The notes under the pieces: model-generated
What the model was told of the DNA's origin: nothing
What the model saw: the letters and a program-made list of their open reading frames with translations, nothing else
Database searches by the model: none
Translations under genes and position numbers: made by a program
Part shown: positions 28,761 through 39,153 of the stretch, in pieces
How the letters are laid out: every line of letters begins with the position of its first letter
Position numbering within the stretch: position 1 is the stretch's first letter
Assembly: GCA_965219995.1 (NCBI GenBank)
Contig: CBDCOX010000002.1
Location: forward strand, 1,600,001 to 1,664,000
Length of the DNA stretch: 64,000 nt
Direction: 5' to 3'
From: Candidatus Latescibacterota bacterium
GTDB taxonomy: Bacteria > Latescibacterota > UBA2968 > GCA-2709665

Positions 28761-29868
28761 CGGCCTCTCCTCTGCTTTCTGACGGGTGATCTGTCACTGC
28801 AGGCAAGACATGCCTTGTCAGGATGCGAAAGACCTGGTTGGCGACTGCGGATCCGTAATTTCCACCCGTGAAGACAATCACCATCTCAACATCGGGAATC
28901 ACGAACAGGAACTGACCGCCATTTCCTTCGGCAACGAAGGTTTTGACAGGATGTCCGGCAACACGGAAGCGATCCAGCCACCAGCCAAACCCATATCGTT
29001 CGTTTCCAAACTGAGGGCTGACAGATTCTTCGATCCATTCCGCAGGCAGTACCTCAACTCCGTTCCACACCCCACGGTCCAGGTACAGCTGACCGATCTT
29101 GGCCAAATCACGGGGTCTGAGACGAAGACCTGCATGCGTTTGCGGCAATCCTGTCTTCGTCCGCCACCAATCACTCCGAACGACGCCCAGAGGTCCAAAG
29201 AGATATTCGTTGGCGAAAGCATCTGCGTGCAGGCCGGAAACCTTCTTGATAACCCCCGCAAGAAGAATTGCACATCCGCTATTGTAGTTAAATCGTCTGC
29301 CGGGTTCGTCAGACATGTCAGTTGACAGTACATATCCGATGAAGTCGTAACTGTTCTCCATCTGAGCTTCTGAGTTTGGAGAACCGGGCTCAGATTTATG
29401 CACTCCCGATTGGTCCCACCTGAACCCGGAAGTCATCGTCAGCAGATGCCTCAAAGTGATCTGTTTTTTCTCTTCGGTTATGTGCGCGGAGTGATCCGGG
29501 AAGAATTGATGCATGGGCACATCAACAGAATCGATAAAGCCCTTGTCAATTGCGATTCCAACGAGCGCGGACGTTACACTCTTTGAAACAGAGCGTGTGT
29601 CATGTAGCTGGTCCTTGTCGAATACGACATGCCCCCTCCACCCATCGTTGCCCGCAAAGTACTCCTCCAGTACGAGAATGCCTCGCCGAGCGATCAGAAA
29701 GCTGTGGAGATTCTTGTACTCCCCATCCCGGATCCTGGCCAGACACTCCGCTATCGTATCCGCATCCAGACCTTGCCCAGCCAGAGTACCAGTCCTCCAA
29801 CCATCGGATGCATCAGCATGACCTGTGCTGCACAGCGTGAGGAACATTGACAAGAACAGACGGTTCAC
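28750..29868 (-). CDS. Serine hydrolase, beta-lactamase class C/6-aminohexanoate-dimer hydrolase-like, secreted
   Basis: SVSKS, LLTMTSG, FNYNS, AEGNGGQ; signal-peptide-like N-terminus from GTG 29868. Confidence 0.87.
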   Translation of the reverse strand: MNRLFLSMFLTLCSTGHADASDGWRTGTLAGQGLDADTIAECLARIRDGEYKNLHSFLIARRGILVLEEYFAGNDGWRGHVVFDKDQLHDTRSVSKSVTSALVGIAIDKGFIDSVDVPMHQFFPDHSAHITEEKKQITLRHLLTMTSGFRWDQSGVHKSEPGSPNSEAQMENSYDFIGYVLSTDMSDEPGRRFNYNSGCAILLAGVIKKVSGLHADAFANEYLFGPLGVVRSDWWRTKTGLPQTHAGLRLRPRDLAKIGQLYLDRGVWNGVEVLPAEWIEESVSPQFGNERYGFGWWLDRFRVAGHPVKTFVAEGNGGQFLFVIPDVEMVIVFTGGNYGSAVANQVFRILTRHVLPAVTDHPSESRGEADGE

Positions 29869-29969
29869 CGATCTGACTCCTAACAGCCCGTTGAAAAAGT
29901 CCATCCGGGCTACGTCCGGCCCTTGTGACCGAATACCGGCGTTGCGCTCCCTCCCGGAACTACATGGAT

Positions 29970-30929
29970 CTACCCCGGAAACTCAGTCCTCAACAGCGGT
30001 TGAACACGATACCTCCATTGGCTCTCAATCAAGGAATGGTCTGGAGACTTTGCGGCTGCTTCCAGGATATTCGCAGCTGCTCGACTGGCCATGAGGGTAG
30101 GTATGTACTCTTCCAGATCCATGCTGAGTGAACGAACTTCACGATACCCCTTCAATAACGCATCAGACCTCTCCTGGAAACCGGGACGACCGTAGGGGCC
30201 GGCCAGGATCACAGCGATTTCATACAGGTAGTAGCCGAATCCGCAGTCGCCGAAATCAATTGCGATGGCGTGACCCGGTCGAAAGAGGACATTTCCGAAA
30301 CTGAGGTCTGCGTGAATGAGGCCGAACATCTCTGTGTCGCAGCCCATCTGTTGTTCCGCTTCTGTCAGCCGACCATAGACCGTTTCCAGATCGCGGCGAA
30401 CAGGAGCCGGTCCGATCTCATCTAAAGGAAACTTCGAACGGGAACCAAAAAGCCCCTCAGCGTCATACGTGGGGCGGTCAAAACCCGTGGGCGGCGACCA
30501 CGCTTCAGAGTGATTGTGCAACTCACCCGCAACGCGGCCAAGCAATTCGAAGTGCCGAGGCGACCGGTGGTCCTGATCCAGGATACGTCCGTTGAGCCAG
30601 GATGTAACGGATACCGGGAATGGTCCGGGTACGCCTGGAACATCTGCCACGATAACTCTTTTGCCGTCAGGCGATCTATAGGGCTGTGGAACGGAGAGCG
30701 TGGTATCGTGGCAGAGAGCCTCCAGCCAATCCAATTCCGATTCAATGATCCGGGGCGCCTTCCTGTCACGGTGAATCCGCACTCGATACTCGCCTGAATC
30801 GCAGGTCCACTTCGACTTGCGACAACGGCATTCTCCCAAACCCAGTTCGCGGAGCGCGGCCTTTGCCACCCTGTGTAACCGACGGATCCGTCCCTGGTGA
30901 GTTAGTTCTTCGAAGCTCCGTATGGCCAT
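29970..30929 (-). CDS. APH/homoserine-kinase-II-like phosphotransferase
   Basis: GLIHADLSFGNVL and IDFGDCGFG motifs. Confidence 0.85.
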   Translation of the reverse strand: MAIRSFEELTHQGRIRRLHRVAKAALRELGLGECRCRKSKWTCDSGEYRVRIHRDRKAPRIIESELDWLEALCHDTTLSVPQPYRSPDGKRVIVADVPGVPGPFPVSVTSWLNGRILDQDHRSPRHFELLGRVAGELHNHSEAWSPPTGFDRPTYDAEGLFGSRSKFPLDEIGPAPVRRDLETVYGRLTEAEQQMGCDTEMFGLIHADLSFGNVLFRPGHAIAIDFGDCGFGYYLYEIAVILAGPYGRPGFQERSDALLKGYREVRSLSMDLEEYIPTLMASRAAANILEAAAKSPDHSLIESQWRYRVQPLLRTEFPG

Positions 30930-31017
30930 TCCGACCTCCACAAAAGCACCGTCACCGTCGGTGGAGTACCGGCTCTCTCTTGTGCCGCAGGACCCGGTGT
31001 CCTGTCCCAGCAATGCC

Positions 31018-31162
31018 GCCTTACGTTCTTGCCACTTGCGAACCCGCCCAGCTCTATGGGCGGGTTGCCGTCAGGCCAAGGAGCCCTTCGACATTTCGAC
31101 AGGCTCAATACAAGCAAGCTCAGGACAAACTCCGCGACGCAGCGCAAGTGGACGTGAAAAAT
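31018..31162 (-). repeat. attC site (145 bp) with both ends mutated; twin of 25248
   Basis: Body colinear with 25248-25392; ends gccttac and gaaaaat. Confidence 0.8.
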
Positions 31163-31259
31163 GCTGGCAGCGGCCCTCTCTTCGCGAAGCACCTTTGGGG
31201 CGGAGTTCATGCGCACACCAAAACCTCGGTTTGTGTCATGTGAATCCTATGGCGGCCTT

Positions 31260-32252
31260 TTAGCGTCCGTCAGGACGTTGTGGAGAGCATCCTTCCTCTG
31301 TCGCTGCCTGAATGCAACCGAGATTATCGTAGACCCACCAGGCGCATTCGAACGTCTCCTCAGCGTTGTCCCGCGGACCATACTCCTGGAAGTGATCGAC
31401 CAGCGTTAACAAGAAGAACGGAATTCCCAGGGAAAAGGCGGTTTCCTCTTCTGACCTGATTTCGGTGGCGCTGCCGTAGCCTTCAAGAAGGCGAGGAAGG
31501 TGGTGGAGCCATGGACGTGTTCGCCCATGGCTGCAGTCCCGAGCAACCAGGTTGGCCGCGAAATTCGCAAGATCGCAGATGCGTGGCCCGACACTGATAT
31601 GGTCACAGTCAACAAAACCGCTAACTTGACCGTTATGGAGTAGCGTGTTGCCTAAGTGGCAATCCCAAAGCACGGGCTGCTGGACAAGTCGAGGCGAAAT
31701 GTCCGCGATTGGGTCTTCCAGACCCGAAAGAATGACTTCCAGTCGGTCACGGCTCCTGCCGGTCATCCGCTCACGCATGCGCGGGACGCTAACCTCAAAC
31801 AGGCGCGAATAGAGTTCGGTCTTCCACGTATCAATCTGGCCATCATACATCGCAAGGACCTGATGCAGGTTGGCGTAAACTCGGCCAATGTTGTAGTAGA
31901 TCGGCCCCGCGTCATCGGCGTACAGGTCCGTACTTTCGCGCTCTATGCGAGGCAAAAGGATGAATGCATTTGATCCGTCGGATGCATGAAATCCACCACT
32001 CCGGGTTGTAAGCAGGTAAGCGACCCGAACACCGGATCGATGCAGATACTGGGTCACGCGGTGCTGTAACCCAAGCGGTGAGATCGTGTCGTCCAGGCCA
32101 CCAACGTCCTTGAGAACGTAGCGTTCGCCAGTGCTTGCAGTGACATGGTGAATGTGGGGAAATTGTGGATCGGTTTCTATGGTTTCGGCGTTGACAGGCC
32201 AGTCTTCCAGCAGATCACGAATCTTGGCGGTTGGTTTTTCCCGGGTTGTCAT
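31260..32252 (-). CDS. APH-like phosphotransferase (atypical WDCH catalytic loop)
   Basis: RYVLK, VLWDCHLGNTL, FVDCDH motifs. Confidence 0.78.
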   Translation of the reverse strand: MTTREKPTAKIRDLLEDWPVNAETIETDPQFPHIHHVTASTGERYVLKDVGGLDDTISPLGLQHRVTQYLHRSGVRVAYLLTTRSGGFHASDGSNAFILLPRIERESTDLYADDAGPIYYNIGRVYANLHQVLAMYDGQIDTWKTELYSRLFEVSVPRMRERMTGRSRDRLEVILSGLEDPIADISPRLVQQPVLWDCHLGNTLLHNGQVSGFVDCDHISVGPRICDLANFAANLVARDCSHGRTRPWLHHLPRLLEGYGSATEIRSEEETAFSLGIPFFLLTLVDHFQEYGPRDNAEETFECAWWVYDNLGCIQAATEEGCSPQRPDGR

Positions 32253-32435
32253 GGCGATAGACTTCGCGAAGCTCGCGACGAAGTTATGTATTCTGGTTTA
32301 GTGCGCGATTAGCGCGTTTATGGCCAATGCCAGAAGAGGAATTTGTTGGGTTGATGGAACTCTCATGTTCGGGACTTCCATCTACTTTTTGTGAATTCGT
32401 CCAACCGGAAGCAGTTACACACCATCATCGATGAC

Positions 32436-33941
32436 CTACTTGTCACCCTCGATTTCTGCGTCGCCGTTTTTTGTGATGCGACCGACAGCGAACCTGAAGC
32501 TGAAAAGGTCCGCGTGTTTGAATTGGAACTTCAGGCGCGCGGGCTTTCCGGCGTAATCCCCGGGAGTGAGTCCGGACTGCCACGTGACCGGGTGGTCGAT
32601 TTCGTCACCCCGCAGTGGCTTGCAGTCGTTCAGCGTCAGGCCCTTCAAGGGCTGGTCGTTTGCATCCTGGATTTCGACCCGGATTTCCCCGGCAGGTCGG
32701 GGCCAGGCGATGTAGTTGAGCTCCAGTTGGCTGCCGTTGAGCACAAACGGTCTTGTCACGATTGTTCCGCCGTCCGGACCGGATCGGACGGAAACGAACC
32801 CGTCGACACGGAACGTAAAACGCCTGAGCCGCGTCCTCGGCACGAATGACTTCTTCTTCCACTCCGGGTCGTCATATCCGTACCCTTCGGTGGCGTAGAC
32901 GAAGTACTCGCGCTCATTGCCACGAACCAGACCGTGGGCCATGAAGTTGGCCCGGTTGCCATCACGTTGCCGGGGCGCACTGGCGGGAATCAATGGTTCG
33001 CGGCGTCGCAGGAACGAGTTCCCGCCGTCGCGGCTGGTCATCAGGATGGGATGGACCCGGGCGACGGCAAACCGGTCCGTGTATTCGGTGGGAAAGGCGA
33101 TCAGAATGTGTGGCGCGCGTTCATACGGAAGGACGCCGTTGGTGTACATCTCCCGGTCGACCTTGTCCGAATACTTCAGCGGGACGGGTTCCGTCCAGTT
33201 CACAAAATCGTCCGACACGGCCATGTGCACATTGCGCATATAACCTTTTAGCAGATCCCGCACGAATGCGACGTAGCGGCCGCGAACCGGATCCCGGAAC
33301 GCCAGGTTCTGCGAATCGAATCGCCCCTTCGTAATCATGGGCTTTTCGGTCATCAACGTCCAGTGAAGTCCGTCCGGCGACTTGAAGGGATACATGCCGT
33401 AATCGGTGTATTTTCCCGGAATCTGGTGCGCGCCGCGAGCCCCGCGGACCAGTGCCTTGTACCGAGCGTCGGGTTTTACAGTTGGACTGGTGTCGATGAA
33501 CGGGACCATGTCGCCGCGCCATCCCAGGCCGGTGTGGGTTCCCAGTTTGCCTTGCCATTTGTCGGTGGGAAGGTGCTTTCTGCCATCCCCACCGAGGACG
33601 ATGTTGTTGTCCGAGGATCCTCTGAATTCGAATAGACCAAGGTTTGGCTTCGTCCACCGGATGCCGTCGCGGCTTTCCGCGTAACACATCGGTTCGCCTC
33701 GGGCGTCTTCGCCGCTGCCGTGATGATAGCCGCGGTAGTACATGCGAAACAGATCTCCGTCCTTGAGTACCGAGACGTAGCCCAAAGAAGTGTCTTCCCA
33801 GGGCCTGTCGTTCATCAGCACGACCTCTTTGCCCAACGGCTCGTGCAGATGTTGCGCCACGTCGCCCTCGAAACGTTCCACAAGCCAGTCATCAACGAAC
33901 AATTCGCGCCGCATCGGCGATGATGGATTGATGTCTGTCAT
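32436..33941 (-). CDS. Glycosidase-like five-bladed beta-propeller protein
   Basis: RELFVD, FRMYYRG, YAESRDGIRWTKP, SPDGLHW, FDSQN, RVDGFVS; related to 8204 protein. Confidence 0.78.
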   Translation of the reverse strand: MTDINPSSPMRRELFVDDWLVERFEGDVAQHLHEPLGKEVVLMNDRPWEDTSLGYVSVLKDGDLFRMYYRGYHHGSGEDARGEPMCYAESRDGIRWTKPNLGLFEFRGSSDNNIVLGGDGRKHLPTDKWQGKLGTHTGLGWRGDMVPFIDTSPTVKPDARYKALVRGARGAHQIPGKYTDYGMYPFKSPDGLHWTLMTEKPMITKGRFDSQNLAFRDPVRGRYVAFVRDLLKGYMRNVHMAVSDDFVNWTEPVPLKYSDKVDREMYTNGVLPYERAPHILIAFPTEYTDRFAVARVHPILMTSRDGGNSFLRRREPLIPASAPRQRDGNRANFMAHGLVRGNEREYFVYATEGYGYDDPEWKKKSFVPRTRLRRFTFRVDGFVSVRSGPDGGTIVTRPFVLNGSQLELNYIAWPRPAGEIRVEIQDANDQPLKGLTLNDCKPLRGDEIDHPVTWQSGLTPGDYAGKPARLKFQFKHADLFSFRFAVGRITKNGDAEIEGDK

Positions 33942-34287
33942 CGGTTTACAGTCCCTCAAGATCTGGTAGCAAAGAACGCATCGTCGGTTGCTCAACGCTC
34001 TCGTTAATGCTCGAACCGTTCTCACGCAATTTGAGACAAGCGTTGTAATCATCTTCCTGTTCGTAAATATTCTGTTTCATAAAACCTCAACCTAAGGTGG
34101 ATTATTCACGAAAACCCTGGTTTTGATGTATAACGGGTTGTCTTTCAATAGATTCTGCGAAATATCACGCGTCAGCATTTCATGAATTACGAAATTGATT
34201 GGTAAGGGAGATGTTTTGTAGCCCACCGAGGTAAGGATCCATCGGTTTGGCCCCGGAATAGTGAGCATTTGTCCTGTTCTTGGTCTT

Positions 34288-34314
34288 CATCCTGTTCATC
34301 CTGTCCATCCATGT
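34288..34314. repeat. 9-bp-period trimer repeat
   Basis: catcctgtt catcctgtc catccatgt. Confidence 0.6.
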
Positions 34315-34331
34315 AATTTCATATCTATGAA

Positions 34332-34805
34332 TCATTCAGACTCACACAATTGAGCGACTATTTTCAAATTCTCCAACGTCTTCACACAAGCAACAGCAGA
34401 CTCTTCACCTTTAACCTTAAAATGCTCGTGAAAGAAATTCTTATGTTCTTCATTCTCATGAAAATTAATCGGCGTCAAAACCGTTGAAATAATCGGCACC
34501 TCCGTCTCAAGCTGCACCTGCATCATCCCATCAATTACCGTCTCAGCTACAAACTCATGCCGATAAATTCCCCCATTCACAATCAGCCCTGCTGCCACAA
34601 TCACCGCGTAGCGGCCTGTTTTGGCGAGCAACTTTGAATGCAGTGGAATTTCCAGACTGCCCGGCACTTCGTAAAAATCAATCAGATCGCGAGAAACACC
34701 CGACTCGACAACTTTAGCTACAAACGCCTCGCGGCTCTGATCCACAATTTCTTTATGCACACTTGCCTGCACAAAAGCAATCCGTTTTCCCGAATTATCC
34801 ACCAT
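34332..34805 (-). CDS. ribH: 6,7-dimethyl-8-ribityllumazine synthase (RibH2-like)
   Basis: VPGSLEIPL, GGIYRHEFVA, VQLETEVP, KGEE motifs. Confidence 0.9.
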   Translation of the reverse strand: MVDNSGKRIAFVQASVHKEIVDQSREAFVAKVVESGVSRDLIDFYEVPGSLEIPLHSKLLAKTGRYAVIVAAGLIVNGGIYRHEFVAETVIDGMMQVQLETEVPIISTVLTPINFHENEEHKNFFHEHFKVKGEESAVACVKTLENLKIVAQLCESE

Positions 34806-34845
34806 CTGAACCTCCAGTCCTTTTATGAATGCGGGTTGCGACTTC

Positions 34846-35766
34846 TCATTCACCAAAAAACGGGTACGGCTCGCCGGCTTCCACCAGCCTTTGTACCAGA
34901 CTCGAGTACTTCAACACCTCCGTCAGCCGGGTGCGCCAATGCGGGGCGTAGAAGTCGACGAATTCCTGGAAGAACGCTCGCGCATCCTCACTGACGCCAT
35001 CGAAGTATTGCGGCAGCAAAAACCATGGCTGGTCACTGGCGTAGTTCAGCCCCCGCCGGCGCATCGTGAACTCTGCGGCGGCCCGTTTCTTTACCGAGAT
35101 CATCAACGAGCGCCTGAGCTTGTCGGTGTGATAGCGGCCCCGATGAATGCACAACTGGGTAAACAGCACCGCGTCACCGGGTTCCTGGTGGAGACGAACG
35201 GCGCCAGGCATATCGTTCGAGCGGTTGTGGATCCCATCATCGGCGACGCAGATCGCGTGCTCTTCGGGGGAGTAGTCCCGCAGGTGAGACCCCGGCACCA
35301 CTTCGAGATCGTCCGTAGGGACCAATGCGATTTGCATCTGCAACCCGGCTCCGGTCTCCGGTCTCCGGGATACGTCTGCTTCCGCACCGATCTTGTCCTT
35401 GTGCCAAAAACCGTCCTGGCTTTCTCCCGTCGGATTAAAGTAGAGACTGCTCAGGGCGAAGAGGAATTCTTCATCCAGGGCTGCGCTCAGCGATTCGACA
35501 ACCTGGGGCGACCCCATGGCATTGAGCAGAAAGGCAAGATCGTCGGGGTGATCGCGGTGATATTCCGGGTCGTTCAGGTGCCTCATGTAATTGGCCTGGG
35601 GCCCCACCGGTGGATTGTCACAGCGAGGAGCGCGCCGCCACTGTTCCAGCACTCGCTCACAGATCTCGCGCAGCCGTTTTGTCGTCGCTGCGTCGAACAA
35701 ACCGCGCACCACGGCGTAAGAGTGGTGGCGCAGCTGACCAGGGCAGGGTTCAGTAGCAATACTCAT
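34846..35766 (-). CDS. PhyH-family Fe(II)/2-oxoglutarate dioxygenase
   Basis: WHKD, VVPGSH, PGDAVLF, IHRG motifs. Confidence 0.87.
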   Translation of the reverse strand: MSIATEPCPGQLRHHSYAVVRGLFDAATTKRLREICERVLEQWRRAPRCDNPPVGPQANYMRHLNDPEYHRDHPDDLAFLLNAMGSPQVVESLSAALDEEFLFALSSLYFNPTGESQDGFWHKDKIGAEADVSRRPETGAGLQMQIALVPTDDLEVVPGSHLRDYSPEEHAICVADDGIHNRSNDMPGAVRLHQEPGDAVLFTQLCIHRGRYHTDKLRRSLMISVKKRAAAEFTMRRRGLNYASDQPWFLLPQYFDGVSEDARAFFQEFVDFYAPHWRTRLTEVLKYSSLVQRLVEAGEPYPFFGE

Positions 35767-36071
35767 GATATCCTCTTGTGTTGCTGTAAGAATTGCGTCG
35801 CAGTTGGACTGTAAAAGTGCGGACTGGCTGTCTCGTGCTGTCTAACTACGTATGGAAATCAATGCTCTATTAACCTTGATTCGTCATTTTTCGAGGACGT
35901 TAATTCGAATAAACGCAAGCTGATAAAGACGATTAAACACCTGATTACCAGGATACTTCAGGTCACTGGACGTGAACTGAATAAATGTGCTTCCCGACGA
36001 CCTTTTCGGCTCGGTGAGGAAATAACTGCAGGGTCACCGCGTTACCACACACGGCGCTTTGCACGGATTCC

Positions 36072-36098
36072 TTTTGTGTCTTTTGTGCTTTTTGTGGC
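36072..36098. repeat. 9-bp-period trimer repeat
   Basis: ttttgtgtc ttttgtgct ttttgtggc. Confidence 0.6.
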
Positions 36099-36202
36099 CA
36101 ATTTTTCGGTGTTCTTTTTTTCCCATTGAGGTTAATTGCGGCTAACGATTTCTGGCCCGGGAAGGAAGTTGGGATAACAGCCTGGCCAGGTCGATGATTC
36201 AA

Positions 36203-38461
36203 TCAGAACTCAGCGGCAATCATCGCGTACTGTCCGATGTTCGTTAGTGTGGTTTCCAGGTGGTTTCCGTCGAACGTGACCTCCAGGTCATCTCCCGTGC
36301 AAACGTCCCACACGCGACGAGGAGTGCCCCGCTCCGTGAGCCGCCAGCGCAGGTTCACTTCGGGTATCGTGGTCACAAAGTCAAACTGTTGGCTGAAGCG
36401 CGGCCAGATCCCCGGCAAATGCTCGACGCGCTCGCCGGTGTGATTGAGCAGAAACAACACCTGGCTTCCCGGTTTCTCATTCGGAATCATCACGAGTTGG
36501 TTCGGGCCGTCGGTCACAAGAGGCCGGCCCTCCGGGTAGAGCCAATCCACCACGGCGCCCAGAAGATCGCGGACCACCAGCAGGCGATATTCGAAATGAA
36601 GCTCCTCCACCGGCGCGGCCAGATAGACGACGCGGCCCTTGCCAACCGTCCGGCAGGTGACGGCGGGACACAGAGCGTCGTCTTCGCGCCCGCCGAAGAC
36701 GATGTTCGCCACCACGTCGGTTCCCGGCCGTGCCTGGACGAACTCGAACCGATTGAGCGGCCACAGCTCCTGCGAGCACCCCTCGGCCAGCCATTGACCC
36801 GGAACGCAGCGACCGTACGTGTCGAACGTCCCGGCGGCCCAGAGGTGTTGTTCGTAATCAGCGAATGGGTCGGGGTTCGGGTCCACGCGGTCCACGCCCA
36901 GAAGGTCCGCCAACGCGAAGTTGTCGCGCATCTCCTCGGGCTCGGCACCGTACAGGCTCGTCCGGTACGTCGCCATGAGCCGCCCGCCCGCCTTCACGTA
37001 TTCCGTGATGCCCTCGACTTCCTCCCGCGTGAGATGGCCGACGTTGGGCAGAAGCAGAACGGGATACTTTGCCAACGCCGCTGGATCGGAGAGAACCCGC
37101 TCCTCGATCACCGACGTCGGCAAATGGTTGGCCAGCATGGCCGAGAAGGCCCCGCGACGGCAGGATTGCTGCGGGGGCGTACGCACGAGATAGCCCGCCT
37201 CGGAGAGCGGGGCCTCGAGCTCCCCCGGACCGTCGGCGAGGTCCTGCCTGGACTGGCCGATGACATCGCGCGGACGATCGCGCATCACCAGGGGCTCGGC
37301 GCGGAACCGCAACCGCTCGAGCATCTCATACACCCGCACCGGCAAGACAAAGGGAATCGCAACAAACGGTGATGGGTGGAGATCTTCGAAGAGTGATTCG
37401 TTCCTCTCCAGGATCTCAAGGAGCGCCGCCAGCTCACGATTGGCTTTATGGGGAGGCGACAGCCAGAGGTTCACGCCGCACGCCACCAGGACGCCCCCTC
37501 CGGAAGCAAAGCTGGCTGCCGCCTCCTCGACGAGTTCCATGCCGAAGCACTGCGCCCGCGACCAGCCCGTCAAGGCGCCGACATATTGCCACATGGCCCA
37601 ACCCGACGACTCGGCCAGACTGGCCGCTTCGAGCCGATGGAGGAAGCCGCCGCCGGCCTCGTAGAGAAATCCATTGTGCACCTCCACGATCCTGCGTTCG
37701 GGCCAGTCGCCCACACCCAGGCCGTGCGTCAGCACCGGGATGTCCTTCTTCTTTCGCGTCGCGGCGGCGAATTCGAGAAAGACATCGCCGACGATCCTGC
37801 CGTACTGCAGGCTCCACTCTTCCAGCATCTCCTTGTCTTCCCGAGGCAGGCTGTGCGGATCGGGTGCATACGGCATTGGGCAGCCGAATTGCCTCTCGAA
37901 CTTCTCGAGGCAATAGTCGCAGTAGCACAAGGGCGACTGCGGGGTGTGGTGCGAATGGTAAGGACAGGCAGAATCGGTGTATATCGCGTCGACGTCGTGG
38001 TCCACCACTTGTGCGATGAAAGCGCAGATGGCCTCTCGGTACGGTGTGTTGAAGCAGACGTGCCGGTGAAATCCGCCGCCGTGGTGCCTCAGGACAGGAG
38101 CGTCGCCTTCGGGGCTCGGGCGGTACATCCACTCCGGATGATGGATCAGCATGTTGTCTTCGGGAATAATGTGCCCCACGGGAATGTACCCGATGACGCG
38201 GACGTCCCGCGCATGGGCCTCGGCGATGGTCTCGGCGAGCAGGTCGCGCTCACCTAATTGAGGGTGCGGGGGAAAGAACTCATTGGGGAAGACCGCCCAT
38301 TTGCCCGCGCTGCCGAACCAAATGGCGTTGGCGTGGTATTTTCGCACGACATCGACGAGCTGCTTCGCGTCAAAATCGATATCGGGCCAGAAGGGCGGGT
38401 GGTATTGCTCTATCTGAAAGGTGCGCGCCCGCCGTACCCACTCGTGACTTGGCTGGATCAA
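36203..38461 (-). CDS. Glycoside-hydrolase-like TIM-barrel protein with beta-galactosidase trimerisation-type domain
   Basis: DLLAETIAEAH, HPEW, CFNTPY, CYCDYC, LLLPNV..L, YVKAGGRL; ggagg RBS before TTG 38461. Confidence 0.78.
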   Translation of the reverse strand: MIQPSHEWVRRARTFQIEQYHPPFWPDIDFDAKQLVDVVRKYHANAIWFGSAGKWAVFPNEFFPPHPQLGERDLLAETIAEAHARDVRVIGYIPVGHIIPEDNMLIHHPEWMYRPSPEGDAPVLRHHGGGFHRHVCFNTPYREAICAFIAQVVDHDVDAIYTDSACPYHSHHTPQSPLCYCDYCLEKFERQFGCPMPYAPDPHSLPREDKEMLEEWSLQYGRIVGDVFLEFAAATRKKKDIPVLTHGLGVGDWPERRIVEVHNGFLYEAGGGFLHRLEAASLAESSGWAMWQYVGALTGWSRAQCFGMELVEEAAASFASGGGVLVACGVNLWLSPPHKANRELAALLEILERNESLFEDLHPSPFVAIPFVLPVRVYEMLERLRFRAEPLVMRDRPRDVIGQSRQDLADGPGELEAPLSEAGYLVRTPPQQSCRRGAFSAMLANHLPTSVIEERVLSDPAALAKYPVLLLPNVGHLTREEVEGITEYVKAGGRLMATYRTSLYGAEPEEMRDNFALADLLGVDRVDPNPDPFADYEQHLWAAGTFDTYGRCVPGQWLAEGCSQELWPLNRFEFVQARPGTDVVANIVFGGREDDALCPAVTCRTVGKGRVVYLAAPVEELHFEYRLLVVRDLLGAVVDWLYPEGRPLVTDGPNQLVMIPNEKPGSQVLFLLNHTGERVEHLPGIWPRFSQQFDFVTTIPEVNLRWRLTERGTPRRVWDVCTGDDLEVTFDGNHLETTLTNIGQYAMIAAEF

Positions 38462-38499
38462 AGCGATGACCTCCAAAATCCGTACCGTTTTTTTTTGCC

Positions 38500-38526
38500 C
38501 GCAGAGCCCGCGGAGAACGCAGAGAA
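38500..38526. repeat. 9-bp-period trimer repeat
   Basis: cgcagagcc cgcggagaa cgcagagaa (copied at 47080-47106). Confidence 0.6.
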
Positions 38527-38823
38527 CGGCCTTCCATGATTCACGGCCGCTCATCATGATCGAGAAGCCGAGAAATATCAGGCGTAACCCAGCCAGCAGC
38601 AGCCCAAGCTCGGCTGTCGCCGCCAACTCAGGATCGTCCCAAGCAACAGGAGCAAAGTCAGAGAAAGGACGATAAACGCTCTGGTTGCGAGAGCACGCAC
38701 GTTTAACCCGAGGACCTCAACGACCCTCCCCGCTGGCATGAGGATGGAAGCAGGAGCGCAGGTAACGCCGCAACCAGAGCGGCACGGAGGTCATTCGCAG
38801 TCATTGGTTTCGACGGGCATGGC

Positions 38824-38920
38824 TGCCAACGTTCCGCCGGTTTGCGAACCCCGACCTTGTCGAGGGGTTGCCGCAGGCCAAGCCGCCAGAGGCGGCGTAG
38901 CGCAAGTCGACGTGTTAGGT
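38824..38920 (-). repeat. attC site
   Basis: tgccaac...ttgcgaaccccgaccttgtcgaggggttgccgcaggcc...cgcaag...gttaggt. Confidence 0.87.
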
Positions 38921-38975
38921 GGCTGTGCCAGCCGGGGGTGGGGGGCATTGCCACGGACGGCAATGCCGCTGTCTT

Positions 38976-39149
38976 TCAGGTTGAATCTACAGGTTCAACT
39001 CGCTTAGGGGGAAGGGAAGTGAACTGCCTTCCACTCGCTTTTTCTTGCTCTTTTAGATCCTCATATATAGCCTGTAGATCATAGTTAAATTTTTTCGCAT
39101 GTGCTTCGCGGATCCTCCTGACTTCGTCTACAATCGGATCTTTCCACAT
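38976..39149 (-). CDS. Small protein MWKDPIVDEVRRIR, probable antitoxin partner of the PIN protein
   Basis: 57 aa, starts 4 nt after PIN stop, ggag RBS. Confidence 0.72.
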   Translation of the reverse strand: MWKDPIVDEVRRIREAHAKKFNYDLQAIYEDLKEQEKASGRQFTSLPPKRVEPVDST

Positions 39150-39153
39150 ATCA

